The notes beneath the pieces are model-generated. The model saw only the letters and a program-made list of their open reading frames with translations, ran no database searches and was not told the DNA's origin. The translations under genes and the position numbers were made by a program. A stretch of DNA of 63,538 nt, filler included. It is 7 parts of 7 records of this genome, joined end to end, with 100 filler letters (N's around TTAATTAATTAA, not from the genome) between each part and the next. Parts side by side here need not be neighbours in the genome. Positions count along the whole stretch, not along the records: positions 12,624 to 21,214 come from DRR723986_16613; positions 21,315 to 26,480 come from DRR723986_16699; positions 26,581 to 35,529 come from DRR723986_16805; 4 more parts are not named here. The stretch is one strand, 5' to 3'. Positions 17,889-27,885 of the stretch are shown here, piece after piece; the stretch's first letter is position 1, and the number at the start of each line of letters is the position of its first letter.

Positions 17889-19115
17889 TTGGCCAGACAG
17901 TATAGCTTTCCCGACAATCACTGGGATTGGCCCGTCAAACTCACCCATCACCACGCCGTGCGCGCAGGCGATCTGATCTTCACCGGCGGTCAGGTGGATC
18001 TTGATCCACAGGGCACCGTGCGCAATATCGGGGATCTCGAAACCCAATGCCGCAATTCCATGGCCTATATGGCGCGGCTGTTCGATGATCTCGGCGTTGA
18101 TTTCAACGATCTGGTGCGCCTCGTAGTCTATTTCGTTGGGGATGCCAAAGACGAGGCCTTTCTGTTGGACCTGCTGGCACAGATCATCGGCCCCACGGCC
18201 CGCCCGGTGATCAACATGATCCCGATGCCTGAGCTCTGCTATCCCGACATGCTCACCGAAATCGAAGGCGTCGCCATGCGATCCCCCAACGGGGACGCCA
18301 TCGAAAAACAGTGCCACACCCTGCCCGACCTGCCCCCGCTGCCAGCCGCGTTTTCGCATCTGGTTCAGGCCGGAGATATGATCTTTACCAGCGATATCTC
18401 AGCGCGTAATTCAGATGGCACCGTGGCTCACCCCAACGATACAGCTGCCCAAACCCAGCTGACGATGGACCGACTGGAACAGTTGCTTGCCCTCTCTGGT
18501 GCTGATCTCAGCAATGTAGCGAAACTCACGACCTTCAGCACCGGCGATGAAACAACCAAGGATTGGACCACGGCCGCCGCTCTGCGCGCCGACCGCTTTG
18601 CACACAACAGCCCTGTGGTGACCGACCTGCCCTTGGCCCAAAGCCCAGCGCCCGGCCAAACAACCAAACTCGCCGCCACCGCCCTGTTAGGGTCAGACCC
18701 CGCGCGCCATACCAACCCGGATGGCCATTGGACGTGGTCGCACCCCATGCCCTATGCCCATGGCACTTGCACTTGCACTGGCGATGTAATCCATATTGGC
18801 GGACAGGTCGCACGCGACGCCAATTCCGATGTGCTGCATCCCGATGATATGGTCGCACAGACCCGCACCGCGATGGCCAACATTGCGCAAATCCTAGCCC
18901 AATACGATGCAACGCTGGATGACGTGGTCAAGGTCACAACCTTTTACCAAGGAAGCGCCTCGGCCGAGGCCTTGCACGAAAACCTGCTGGTGCGCTCAAA
19001 TTCCTACACCGCACCCGGTCCCGCAACGACGGGCATCCCCGTTCCCAATCTGGAACGCAAAGGTCTGGTGATCAAGATCGAGGTCATCGCGGTTTTGGAT
19101 CGCGAGTCCCGATAA
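17889..19115 (+). CDS. Rid (YjgF/YER057c/UK114) family protein with three tandem domains
   Basis: Three repeats beginning AGDLIFTGGQV, AGDMIFTSDIS and GDVIHIGGQV and ending EIEGVA, KLAATA and KIEVIA; TTG start after GGAG. Confidence 0.82.
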   Translation: MARQYSFPDNHWDWPVKLTHHHAVRAGDLIFTGGQVDLDPQGTVRNIGDLETQCRNSMAYMARLFDDLGVDFNDLVRLVVYFVGDAKDEAFLLDLLAQIIGPTARPVINMIPMPELCYPDMLTEIEGVAMRSPNGDAIEKQCHTLPDLPPLPAAFSHLVQAGDMIFTSDISARNSDGTVAHPNDTAAQTQLTMDRLEQLLALSGADLSNVAKLTTFSTGDETTKDWTTAAALRADRFAHNSPVVTDLPLAQSPAPGQTTKLAATALLGSDPARHTNPDGHWTWSHPMPYAHGTCTCTGDVIHIGGQVARDANSDVLHPDDMVAQTRTAMANIAQILAQYDATLDDVVKVTTFYQGSASAEALHENLLVRSNSYTAPGPATTGIPVPNLERKGLVIKIEVIAVLDRESR

Positions 19116-19125
19116 CCCTAAGCAT

Positions 19126-19153
19126 CATGGCCCCACCCCACAGCGGGGCCATG
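19126..19153. terminator. Hairpin between convergent rid and acyl-CoA synthetase genes
   Basis: CATGGCCCC-N10-GGGGCCATG; no U-tract. Confidence 0.4.
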
Positions 19154-19159
19154 TGCCGA

Positions 19160-20788
19160 TTACAATGCGCGCGCCTGATCGCGCAGAACAAACTTCTGGA
19201 TCTTGCCGGTCGATGTCTTAGGCAGGCTGCCAAACACAACCGTTCTGGGCGCTTTGAAATGCGCCATGTGATCGCGGCAAAACGCAATCACCTCGGCCTC
19301 GGTTGCATCTTTGCCCGGCTTCAGCTCGACAAAGGCGCAAGGCGTCTCGCCCCATTTGTCATCCGGGCGGGCCACAACCGCCGCCTCCATCACCGCCGGG
19401 TGCTTGTACAGGATATCCTCGACCTCAACGGACGAGATATTCTCGCCCCCAGAAATGATGATATCTTTGGACCGATCCTTGAGCGCGATATAGCCATCCG
19501 GGTGCATAACCCCCAGATCCCCACTGGCAAACCATCCGCCTTTGAACGCCTTATCCGTGGCTTCGGGGTTTTTCAGATACCCCTTCATCACGATATTGCC
19601 CTGCATAAAAATCTCGCCCATGGTTTCGCCATCCGACGGAACCGGCTCTAACGTTTCGGGATCGGCCACCATCAAGCCCGACAGCGCCACGTATTTCACA
19701 CCCTGACGTACCTTGAGTGCCGCGCGATCCTCGGGCCCTTTGTCGTTCCACTCATCTTTCCAAGCACAGACAACCGACGGGCCATAGGTTTCGGTCAACC
19801 CATAGACATGCGTCACCTCGATCCCCATGGCTTCCATGTTCTCGATCACCGCAGCCGGGGGTGGTGCACCGGCGGTCATCACCTTGATCTCGTGGTCAAA
19901 ATCTTTCAGCTCATCCGGTGCATTGGCCAACATGTTCAACACGATTGGCGCGCCACAAAAATGGGTGACCTTCTCTTCGCGAAACGCCTGATAGATCGGT
20001 TCAGCCCGTACCGCGCGCAGACACACCGACACCCCCGCATTTGCCGCCATCGCCCACGGAAAACACCAGCCATTGCAATGGAACATCGGCAAGGTCCAAA
20101 GATAGGTGGAATGCTGCGGCATCCCCCATGTCAGGATGTTCGAGGTCGCATTCAACGCAGCCCCGCGATGGTGATACACCACCCCCTTGGGATTGCCCGT
20201 TGTGCCCGATGTGTAATTCAGCGTGATCGCGTCCCATTCATCCGCAGGCAGAGACCACTGATAGTCAGGTTCCCCCGCCGCAAGCAGCGCATCATAGGTC
20301 AGCGACCCCACCGGATCACCGCCCTCAAAACTGGGATCAAGAATGTCGATCACCAACAAATCCGGGCGATCCACCTGTGTCAGCGCCTCGCGCACAACGC
20401 TGGAAAATTCAGGATCTACCAACAAAACCTTGGCTTCGGCATGTTGCAGGATAAAGGCGATGATCGGCGCATCCAGCCGGGTGTTGATTGCGTTCAGTAC
20501 CGCACCCAGCATTGGCACCCCAAAATGCGCCTCATAAAGTTCGGGAATATTGGCCGCGATGATCGACACGGTATCGCCCCGCCCCACACCATGACCCGCC
20601 AGCGCACTCGCCAACTGACGGCACCGGGTATAGGTTTCACCCCATGTATACCGGCGCGTGCCATACACCACCGAAGGGTAGTCAGGATAAACCGCCGCCG
20701 CCCGTTCAAGATAGCTGAGCGGCGACAGCGCGGTGTGGTTGGCTCGTGTCTGGTCGAGATGCTGTTCGTAGATTCCCGGCGTTGTCAT
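19160..20788 (-). CDS. Acyl-CoA synthetase (short/medium-chain, DmdB-like subfamily)
   Basis: YTSGTTGNPKGV, YGLTETYGP, DRSKDIIISGGENISSVEVE and PKTSTGKIQK motifs. Confidence 0.93.
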   Translation of the reverse strand: MTTPGIYEQHLDQTRANHTALSPLSYLERAAAVYPDYPSVVYGTRRYTWGETYTRCRQLASALAGHGVGRGDTVSIIAANIPELYEAHFGVPMLGAVLNAINTRLDAPIIAFILQHAEAKVLLVDPEFSSVVREALTQVDRPDLLVIDILDPSFEGGDPVGSLTYDALLAAGEPDYQWSLPADEWDAITLNYTSGTTGNPKGVVYHHRGAALNATSNILTWGMPQHSTYLWTLPMFHCNGWCFPWAMAANAGVSVCLRAVRAEPIYQAFREEKVTHFCGAPIVLNMLANAPDELKDFDHEIKVMTAGAPPPAAVIENMEAMGIEVTHVYGLTETYGPSVVCAWKDEWNDKGPEDRAALKVRQGVKYVALSGLMVADPETLEPVPSDGETMGEIFMQGNIVMKGYLKNPEATDKAFKGGWFASGDLGVMHPDGYIALKDRSKDIIISGGENISSVEVEDILYKHPAVMEAAVVARPDDKWGETPCAFVELKPGKDATEAEVIAFCRDHMAHFKAPRTVVFGSLPKTSTGKIQKFVLRDQARAL

Positions 20789-20894
20789 CGCTATCCCTTT
20801 TCTGTCGCGTTGACGGGGATAATGGCCAGAACCAAACGCCGAGAAAAGCCCAAGTTGACGTTAGGCGCAATTATCGCACCCGCGCCCAAGGCGC

Positions 20895-21214
20895 CTAGAG
20901 CTTTGTCAAAGCCCGCCCCGCCGCCGTCAGGTTGCCAACCCGGTCAATCAACCCCGCCCGTGGGTTGAACCCCCGGTCAATGGTTTCAAAAGTATCCAGC
21001 ATCAGGGACACCAACGGGAATGCATCCCGGGTGCGCATCAGCTCTGACACGCCCTCTTCGATGTATTCATCATCAAAGTTGGCGGTTTCGGGATTTCCGG
21101 TCATCAACTGAACCGCCGCAGCCCCCTGAATGCCACGCTTGGCGAATTCGGACTGCATGCCACCGATCTTACCAACCCAGTCCGCCCGCCACGCCACCGC
21201 AAAAATCGGTCGCA
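20895..21214 (-). CDS. Hypothetical protein, C-terminal fragment (5' truncated by contig end)
   Basis: Frame is open to the contig edge with protein-like composition; no family recognised. Confidence 0.55.
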
Positions 21215-21314
21215 NNNNNNNNNNNNNNNNNNNNNNNNNNNNNNNNNNNNNNNNNNNNTTAATTAATTAANNNNNNNNNNNNNNNNNNNNNNNNNNNNNN
21301 NNNNNNNNNNNNNN
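21215..21314. other. Artificial contig spacer
   Basis: 44 N + TTAATTAATTAA + 44 N. Confidence 0.98.
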
Positions 21315-22283
21315 GGCGGCCCATGCGGCGTAGTCCTCCGGCGCCATGTCGCGGGCGGCCAGATCGCGGAAGCGCGCCTGAAGCTGCGCCGCGCCCCAGG
21401 CCTCGACCGCGGGCGACCAGGCGCGGGCCGTCAGCCCCTCGGCGCCCGCCACGGGGCGGGGGAGCCATGTGTTGTAGGGGATGTATCGGGCGAAGTCATT
21501 GCGGTCGTCGGCCACCAGCAGCACGTCGTGGGCGCCCAGATCCTGCGTGAAGAGCGGCACTTCGGCGGCGGCGCTGCGGCGCATGTCGGCATCGAAGGCC
21601 CAGGTCTTGCGGGCGCCGATCCCGGCGCCGAATTTCGCCATGGCGCGGGTGAGGGCGGCGGCGGTCTCGGCGTCTCCGGGGCCTTGGCCCTCGATCAGGG
21701 CTACCTCGGTCCAGCGCCGGGCGACGAGGAACTGCGCCAACGCATCGGCCAGCATGGCGCGCGAGGGCAGGCTGTGCAGAAGGTTGGCGCGGCAGTCGGC
21801 ATCCCGCAGGCTGTCGTCGGGGGCCGAGACGTTGAAGAGCAGGGCATCGGCGGCCCCGGGCGTGTCGGCGGCCTGCAGCAGCGTCGCGGCGGGGGCGTCG
21901 AGCAGGATGTAGGGCGTCTGTGCGAGGGCGTCCGACAGGGCCGCGGCGAAGTCGCCGCCTTCTGGCACCGTCGTGATCCCCAGCCGCCAGCTTTGCCCCA
22001 GAAAGCTGCCGGAAGCGGCGTTGTCCGCCAGCCCCAGCCGGGCCCCGGCGCGGCCGAGGTCTTCGGGAGGGGCGTCGAGGTTCGACAGAGTGGGCGGCCG
22101 CGTCACCTCTTGCCGCAGGTAGTGCAGCGTGATCTCCGCCGCCTCTGCGGGCGGGGCGAGGGTCAGCATCGCGGCCAGTGTTGAGGCCAGTGTGGCGGCC
22201 AGTGTGGCGGCAAGGGCCCGTGTCGGGCTTCGTGCCGGATTCCGGGCCGGACTCCCTGCCGGTGTCGCGGTGGGTCTGCGCAT
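21315..22283 (-). CDS. ABC substrate-binding protein of the PQQ-dependent alcohol dehydrogenase system, 3' truncated
   Basis: Signal peptide, GARLGLADN..GSFLGQ and EAWGAAQLQARF motifs; divergent from pedF; RBS GGAGGAG. Confidence 0.8.
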
Positions 22284-22448
22284 CTCGTCTCCTCCTGCGG
22301 GGCAGGCTAACGGCGGGCGGGATGCGCTCAATACGACCATTGTCGGGGCGCCGGGGCGGGGCGGCGCCACGAAAGTCCAATGGTGCGGCGGAGTGGCCAT
22401 GGCCTAGCACTTGGGGCAGGACAACGCACCCGAACGGGAGGAGACGAG

Positions 22449-23144
22449 ATGACGAGACTGACCCTGAGCGCGCTGCTGGCGGCGCTGCCGCTGGTGGCGC
22501 CGAGCCTTGCCGGCGCGCATGGCGACGTGGCCCCGCAGGCGGTCGACACGGCGGGTCTTCCCGAGGTGGGCGACGACTGGCTGAGCGAGAACCCCTATCG
22601 CGCCGAAGCGGCCGGTCCGGAGGTTTGGGCGAAGGCCGTGCAGATCGGCGCCTCGGGCTATACCCAGAACTGCGCGCGCTGCCATGGGCTCGAGGCGATC
22701 TCGGGCGGGCTGGCGCCGGACCTGCGGTTTCTCGAGGCCGAGGAATACGGCGACGAGTGGTTCATCGAGCGCTTCCGCGACGGCTATACCCAGAACGGCA
22801 TCACCAAGATGCCCGCCTTCGGTGCGCTTCTGGGGCAGGAGGCGGCATGGGCGATCCGCACCTATGTCGAGACCCGGCCCGACGATGCCTCGATGGAAGA
22901 GGTGGCAGACGAGTTGAAGGGCATCCGGGACGCGCTGGTGGCGCAGGGCGAGGCCCCCGATGCCGCCGAGGCGGAAGAGGTCAGGGCCCGGCTGGCGGAG
23001 ATCGCGGGGGGCATCGAGACCATGTCCGGCGCGCCCATGGCGGATTCGGCGGCGAGCCGGGCCGCGACGCTTCTGGACGGGTCGGCGGAGGGGTCGCGCA
23101 AGGCGGCGGAGGCCTTGACCATCGGCCTTTCGGCTGCACACTGA
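22449..23144 (+). CDS. pedF: Cytochrome c-550 (electron acceptor of PQQ alcohol dehydrogenase) with C-terminal extension
   Basis: Signal peptide then AHGDVAPQAVDTAGLP, ENPYR, haem motif CARCHG, APDLR and MPAF. Confidence 0.88.
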   Translation: MTRLTLSALLAALPLVAPSLAGAHGDVAPQAVDTAGLPEVGDDWLSENPYRAEAAGPEVWAKAVQIGASGYTQNCARCHGLEAISGGLAPDLRFLEAEEYGDEWFIERFRDGYTQNGITKMPAFGALLGQEAAWAIRTYVETRPDDASMEEVADELKGIRDALVAQGEAPDAAEAEEVRARLAEIAGGIETMSGAPMADSAASRAATLLDGSAEGSRKAAEALTIGLSAAH

Positions 23145-23172
23145 GCGCTTCCGCGACTTGGGAGGGTTCCGG

Positions 23173-24108
23173 GTGAGGCTGGGGGCAAATTTCTTCGAAG
23201 AAATTTGCAAGAGTTTTGCAAAACTCTTGCCCGCGCTCGGGGTGGGCGTCGTGCTGGCGTCTGCTGTCGCGGCGGCGGATCCCTGCGCCGATCACGTGCC
23301 GCAGCCCAGACCGCAGAACGCCGGGCGCGACATCGTCGGGCAGGATCTCGACACGATCGTGGAGCGCGGGGTCCTGACCGTCGCGCTCTACGAGGATTTC
23401 GCGCCCTACAGCTGGCAGGAGGGGAGCACGGCCCGGGGCATCGACGCCGACATCGCCCGGCTGGTGGCGGAGGATCTCGGCGTCGCGCCGCGCTTTCGCT
23501 TCCTTGCCGCCGGAGAGACCCTCGAGGCGGATCTGCGCCATGCCATCTGGCAGGGCTCGGTGATCGGCGGTGCGGTGTCCAACGTGATGATGCGCGTGCC
23601 CTACGATTCCGCCTTTCGCTGCCGGGTCGAGCAGGTGGTCTTTCCCGGCCAGTATCAGGAAGAGCGCATCGCCATCGCCTATCGCGCGGAGGAGTATCCC
23701 GAGGACCCGCCGGTGCCGGCCTATTTCCGCTTCGACACGGTGGCGGTGGAGAACGACTCGATCTCGGACTTCTACCTCACCGGCTTCGCGGGCGGGCAGG
23801 TGGCGGCGGGGGTGCGGCGCTATTCGACGATGGAGGCCGCCATGGCGGCGCTGAATGCCGGAGAGACCATGGCCGCCATGGGGCCGCGCGCGCAGCTGGA
23901 GTATTTCGCCGGCGACGGCGTGGCGATCCACGAGCCGCCGCTGCCGGGGTTGGCAAAGTCGAAATGGGTGCTGGGAACGGCGGTGCATTTCGCCTACCGT
24001 CCGCTTGGATATGCCGTGGGCGACGCCATCGAGGCGGCGCTCGCCGACGGACGAATCGACGCGATTTTCGCGGCTTACGGGGTGACCCTGACAAGGCCGC
24101 AATGGTGA
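23173..24108 (+). CDS. Periplasmic substrate-binding protein (family 3), quinoprotein-dehydrogenase associated
   Basis: LDTIVERGVLTVALYEDFAPYS and GIDADIA motifs; follows pedF; start uncertain (GTG at 23173 after GGGAGGG). Confidence 0.78.
   Translation: MRLGANFFEEICKSFAKLLPALGVGVVLASAVAAADPCADHVPQPRPQNAGRDIVGQDLDTIVERGVLTVALYEDFAPYSWQEGSTARGIDADIARLVAEDLGVAPRFRFLAAGETLEADLRHAIWQGSVIGGAVSNVMMRVPYDSAFRCRVEQVVFPGQYQEERIAIAYRAEEYPEDPPVPAYFRFDTVAVENDSISDFYLTGFAGGQVAAGVRRYSTMEAAMAALNAGETMAAMGPRAQLEYFAGDGVAIHEPPLPGLAKSKWVLGTAVHFAYRPLGYAVGDAIEAALADGRIDAIFAAYGVTLTRPQW
23185..23230. repeat. Two abutting perfect 24-bp AT-rich palindromes
   Basis: GCAAATTTCTTCGAAGAAATTTGC (23185-23208) and GCAAGAGTTTTGCAAAACTCTTGC (23207-23230), sharing the GC at 23207-23208. 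Confidence 0.92.
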
Positions 24109-24196
24109 ACCGGGGGATGCGGCTACGCCCTTGGTCTAATATGCCCGGCCCCGGCCCCGCGCCTAGGCTGCGCCTGACACGGAAAGGACTGAACCC

Positions 24197-24721
24197 ATGA
24201 AAATGAGCGATTCCCGCATGATCAAGGCCCCGCAAGAGGTGGTCTGGGCGGCGATCCTGGACCCCGAGGTGCTGAAGGCCTGCGTGCCCGGCTGCACCGA
24301 GATGACGGGCTCTGCCGAAGAGGGGTTCGAGGCGACGGTGGTGCAGAAGGTCGGCCCGGTGAAGGCCACCTTCAAGGGGCAGGTGTCCCTGTCCAACGTG
24401 GACGCGCCCAATGCGGTCACGCTTTCGGGCGAGGGCAAGGGCGGCGCGGCCGGGTTCGCCAAGGGCGGCGCGGACGTGAAGCTGGCACCGGCCGAGGAGG
24501 GCACCCTGCTGACCTATGACGTGGATGCCAGCGTGGGCGGCAAGCTCGCGCAGCTGGGCAGCCGCATCATCGACGGCTTCGCCAAGAAGATGGCCGACCA
24601 GTTCTTCGACAACTTCCAGCAGGCGGTCGAGGGGCCGTCCGATCCCGACGCGGCGCCCGAGGTCGATGCGCCCGATCAGGAGGGCAAGAAAAAGGGCTGG
24701 TTCAAGCGCATGGTTTCGTGA
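24197..24721 (+). CDS. coxG: CoxG (SRPBCC) accessory protein
   Basis: DPEVLKACVPGC, KVGPVKATFKG and VGGKLAQLGSRIID motifs. Confidence 0.9.
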   Translation: MKMSDSRMIKAPQEVVWAAILDPEVLKACVPGCTEMTGSAEEGFEATVVQKVGPVKATFKGQVSLSNVDAPNAVTLSGEGKGGAAGFAKGGADVKLAPAEEGTLLTYDVDASVGGKLAQLGSRIIDGFAKKMADQFFDNFQQAVEGPSDPDAAPEVDAPDQEGKKKGWFKRMVS

Positions 24722-24801
24722 ACCATCCGGTGCAGTGATTTTTCCGGCGCGCGTGGCCGCGCCGGAGTACCCAGATTTGGACATCCAGGGAGGATAGCAA
24801 G

Positions 24802-25287
<486 letters not shown>

Positions 25288-25295
25288 GTTTCGCA

Positions 25296-25350
25296 GGTGG
25301 GTCGCTGACCCACCCTACCCAGATTTGCAGGGCGGGGCATCGACCCCACC
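25296..25350. repeat. Pair of REP-like palindromes (GTAG-type) in inverted orientation
   Basis: Minus strand GTAG-GGTGGGTCAGCGACCCACC (25296-25318) and plus strand GCAG-GGCGGGGCATCGACCCCACC (25327-25350), between coxS and coxL. Confidence 0.7.
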
Positions 25351-25370
25351 CATTCCAGGGAGGATAACCC

Positions 25371-26480
25371 ATGCCGAAGGATCATGGCATCGGCGCAAGC
25401 CAGAAGCGGCGCGAGGACGTGCGCTTCCTGACCGGAGCCGGTCAGTACACCGACGATATTTCCGTCTACGGTCAGACCTATTGCTACTTCCTGCGCTCGG
25501 ACGTGGCGCATGGGACGATCAATTCCATCAACACCGAGGCTGCCGCCGCCATGCCCGGCGTGGTGCGGATCTTCACCGGCGCCGATTTCGAGGGCATCGG
25601 CGGTCTGCCCTGCGGCTGGCAGGTGACCGACAAGCACGGCGAGGCCATGAAGGAGCCGCCGCACCCGGTGCTCGCGCAGGGCAAGGTGCGCCACGTCGGT
25701 GATCCGATCTGCGCCGTCGTCGCGGAGAGCCTCGAAGAGGCGCGCAACGCCGCCGAGGCCATCGAGGTCGACATCTCGGAGCTTCCCGCCGTGGTCGACA
25801 TGAAGGCCGCGCTGGCCGAGGGCGCCACAAAGGTGCACGACGACCTGTCGGACAACCTCTGCTATGACTGGCAGTTCGGCACCGATACGGAGACGACGGA
25901 CAAGGCCTTTGCCGAGGCCGCGCATGTCACGACGCTGGAACTGGTGAACAACCGTCTGGTGGCCAACCCGATGGAGCCGCGTGTCGCGCTGGGCGATTAC
26001 AACCGGGCCAATGACGAGTCGACGCTGTACACGACCTCGCAAAACCCGCATGTCATCCGGCTGCTGATGGGCGCCTTCGTCCTCGGCATCCCCGAGCACA
26101 AGCTGAAGGTCGTGGCGCCCGACGTGGGCGGCGGCTTCGGCACCAAGATCTTCCACTACGCGGAAGAGGCCTTTGTCACCTTCGCCTCGCGGCAGATCAA
26201 CCGGCCGGTCAAGTGGACCTCTTCGCGGTCCGAGGCCTTCATGTCCGACGCCCATGGCCGCGACCACGTGACCAAGATCGAGCTGGCGCTGGATGCGGAG
26301 AACAACTTTACCGCCGTGCGCACCGACACCTATGCCAACATGGGGGCGTATCTCTCGACCTTCTCGTCCTCGGTGCCGACATGGCTGCACGGCACGCTGA
26401 TGGCGGGCAACTACAAGACCCCCGCCGTGCAGGTGAACGTCAAGGCCGTCTTCACCAACACCGTGCCGGTGGACGCCTAT
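25371..26480 (+). CDS. coxL: Xanthine-dehydrogenase-family molybdopterin large subunit (CoxL form II-like), 3' truncated
   Basis: [15 protein letters not shown] and APDVGGGFG motifs; gene order S-L; the sequence stops at PVDAY, just before the active-site motif. Confidence 0.8.
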
Positions 26481-26580
26481 NNNNNNNNNNNNNNNNNNNN
26501 NNNNNNNNNNNNNNNNNNNNNNNNTTAATTAATTAANNNNNNNNNNNNNNNNNNNNNNNNNNNNNNNNNNNNNNNNNNNN
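26481..26580. other. Artificial contig spacer
   Basis: 44 N + TTAATTAATTAA + 44 N. Confidence 0.98.
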
Positions 26581-27627
26581 CATGCCGAACTGGCTGGGTG
26601 CCATCGACATGGGTCCGGATCGCATCAACCCGTATTGAAGCGCAATCGAGGCTTTTCCGAAAAGACTGTTGGCCATGGTGTTCAGGGTCTTGGCGTTCTT
26701 GACCTTGTAGACCGTTCGGATCTGAAGGTGATCCTGCAGGTTCTCGCCAACGCCAGTACGTTCATGCTTCACCTCGATGCCGTGCTGCGACAGCACCGCG
26801 CCATTGCCGATGCCGGAAAGCTCCAGGATCTTGGGTGAATTGATCGCGCCCGCAGCCAGCAGAACTTCGCGCTCCGCCCGCGCGGTCCTTTCCTGCCCCT
26901 TCACGGTGAAGGTAACACCGGCTGCGCGCTTGCCTTCCAGCAGGATCGACTTGGTTTCGGCATGGGTGATCAAGCGCAGGTTCGGCCGTTTCAGTGCCGG
27001 GCGAAGGAAACCTTTCGCTGTGTTCCAGCGAACGCCGCCATTCTGGTTGACCTCAAAGAAACCGCTGCCTTCGTTGCTGCCGTCATTGAAATCCGCACGC
27101 GGCTCGACACCGAACTCCCGTGCGCCTTTCTGAACGGCTTCGAGGATTTCCCATTTCAGGCGCTGCTTGGAAACTTTCCACTCACCGCCACCGCCATGCA
27201 AACCTGACTTGCCGGCATGATGGTCTTCCGACTTCAGGAAATAGGGCAGCACATCATCCCAAGACCAGCCGACGTTGCCAAGCTGACGCCAATGGTCGTA
27301 ATCCGCCGCCTGGCCGCGCATGTAGATCATGCCGTTGACGGATGTGCAGCCACCCAGAACCTTGCCACGCGGATAGACCAGGCTGCGTCCGTTGAGGCCC
27401 GGCTCGCTGGCTGTCTTCATCATCCAGTCGGTGCGCGGATTGCCAATGCAAAAGAGATATCCGACCGGGATATGCACCCAGTGATAATTGTCCGAACCGC
27501 CTGCTTCCAGAAGCAGCACCTTGACCGAAGGATCCTCGGTCAGCCGGTTTGCCAGAACACAGCCGGCCGTTCCGGCCCCGACGATCACATAATCGTAGGT
27601 TCCATCGAGTGAAGTCGGACCGCTCAT
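26581..27627 (-). CDS. GMC oxidoreductase (choline-dehydrogenase-like), 3' truncated
   Basis: [34 protein letters not shown] and GVGENLQDH motifs. Confidence 0.92.
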
Positions 27628-27885
27628 GTCGTTTCCCGTTTCCTGCCCATTTCCTGTCCGCAGTCTTTCCTGCTGCGGTCCAAACTTCGATGATCTGCAT
27701 CATCCCGGACCAGGCAATCTTCCGCCGGCACTGATGAGACCCTTTAACACCCTCATCCTGATCAGGTTTTATGTTTCTTCGCAAACTCGAAAAGAGACAT
27801 ATGTGGGCGCTCGCCGATGCGAATTCGCCCGGCTGTTTCCCTCACACTAGAAGATCCTGACGTTTCGGCAATTCCTCCAAGAGGA

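Noticed and set aside
18763..18779. GCACTT x3 microsatellite in the triple-Rid gene as a phase-variation site
   Set aside because: The 6-bp unit preserves the reading frame and there are fewer than three full copies
19160..20788. Assignment as dmdB (DMSP demethylation pathway)
   Set aside because: The subfamily is compatible, but no dmdA/C/D genes are nearby and substrate cannot be read from motifs
25371..26480. Bona fide (form I) CO dehydrogenase
   Set aside because: The active-site motif is cut off and the S-L gene order fits form II; CO oxidation cannot be claimed
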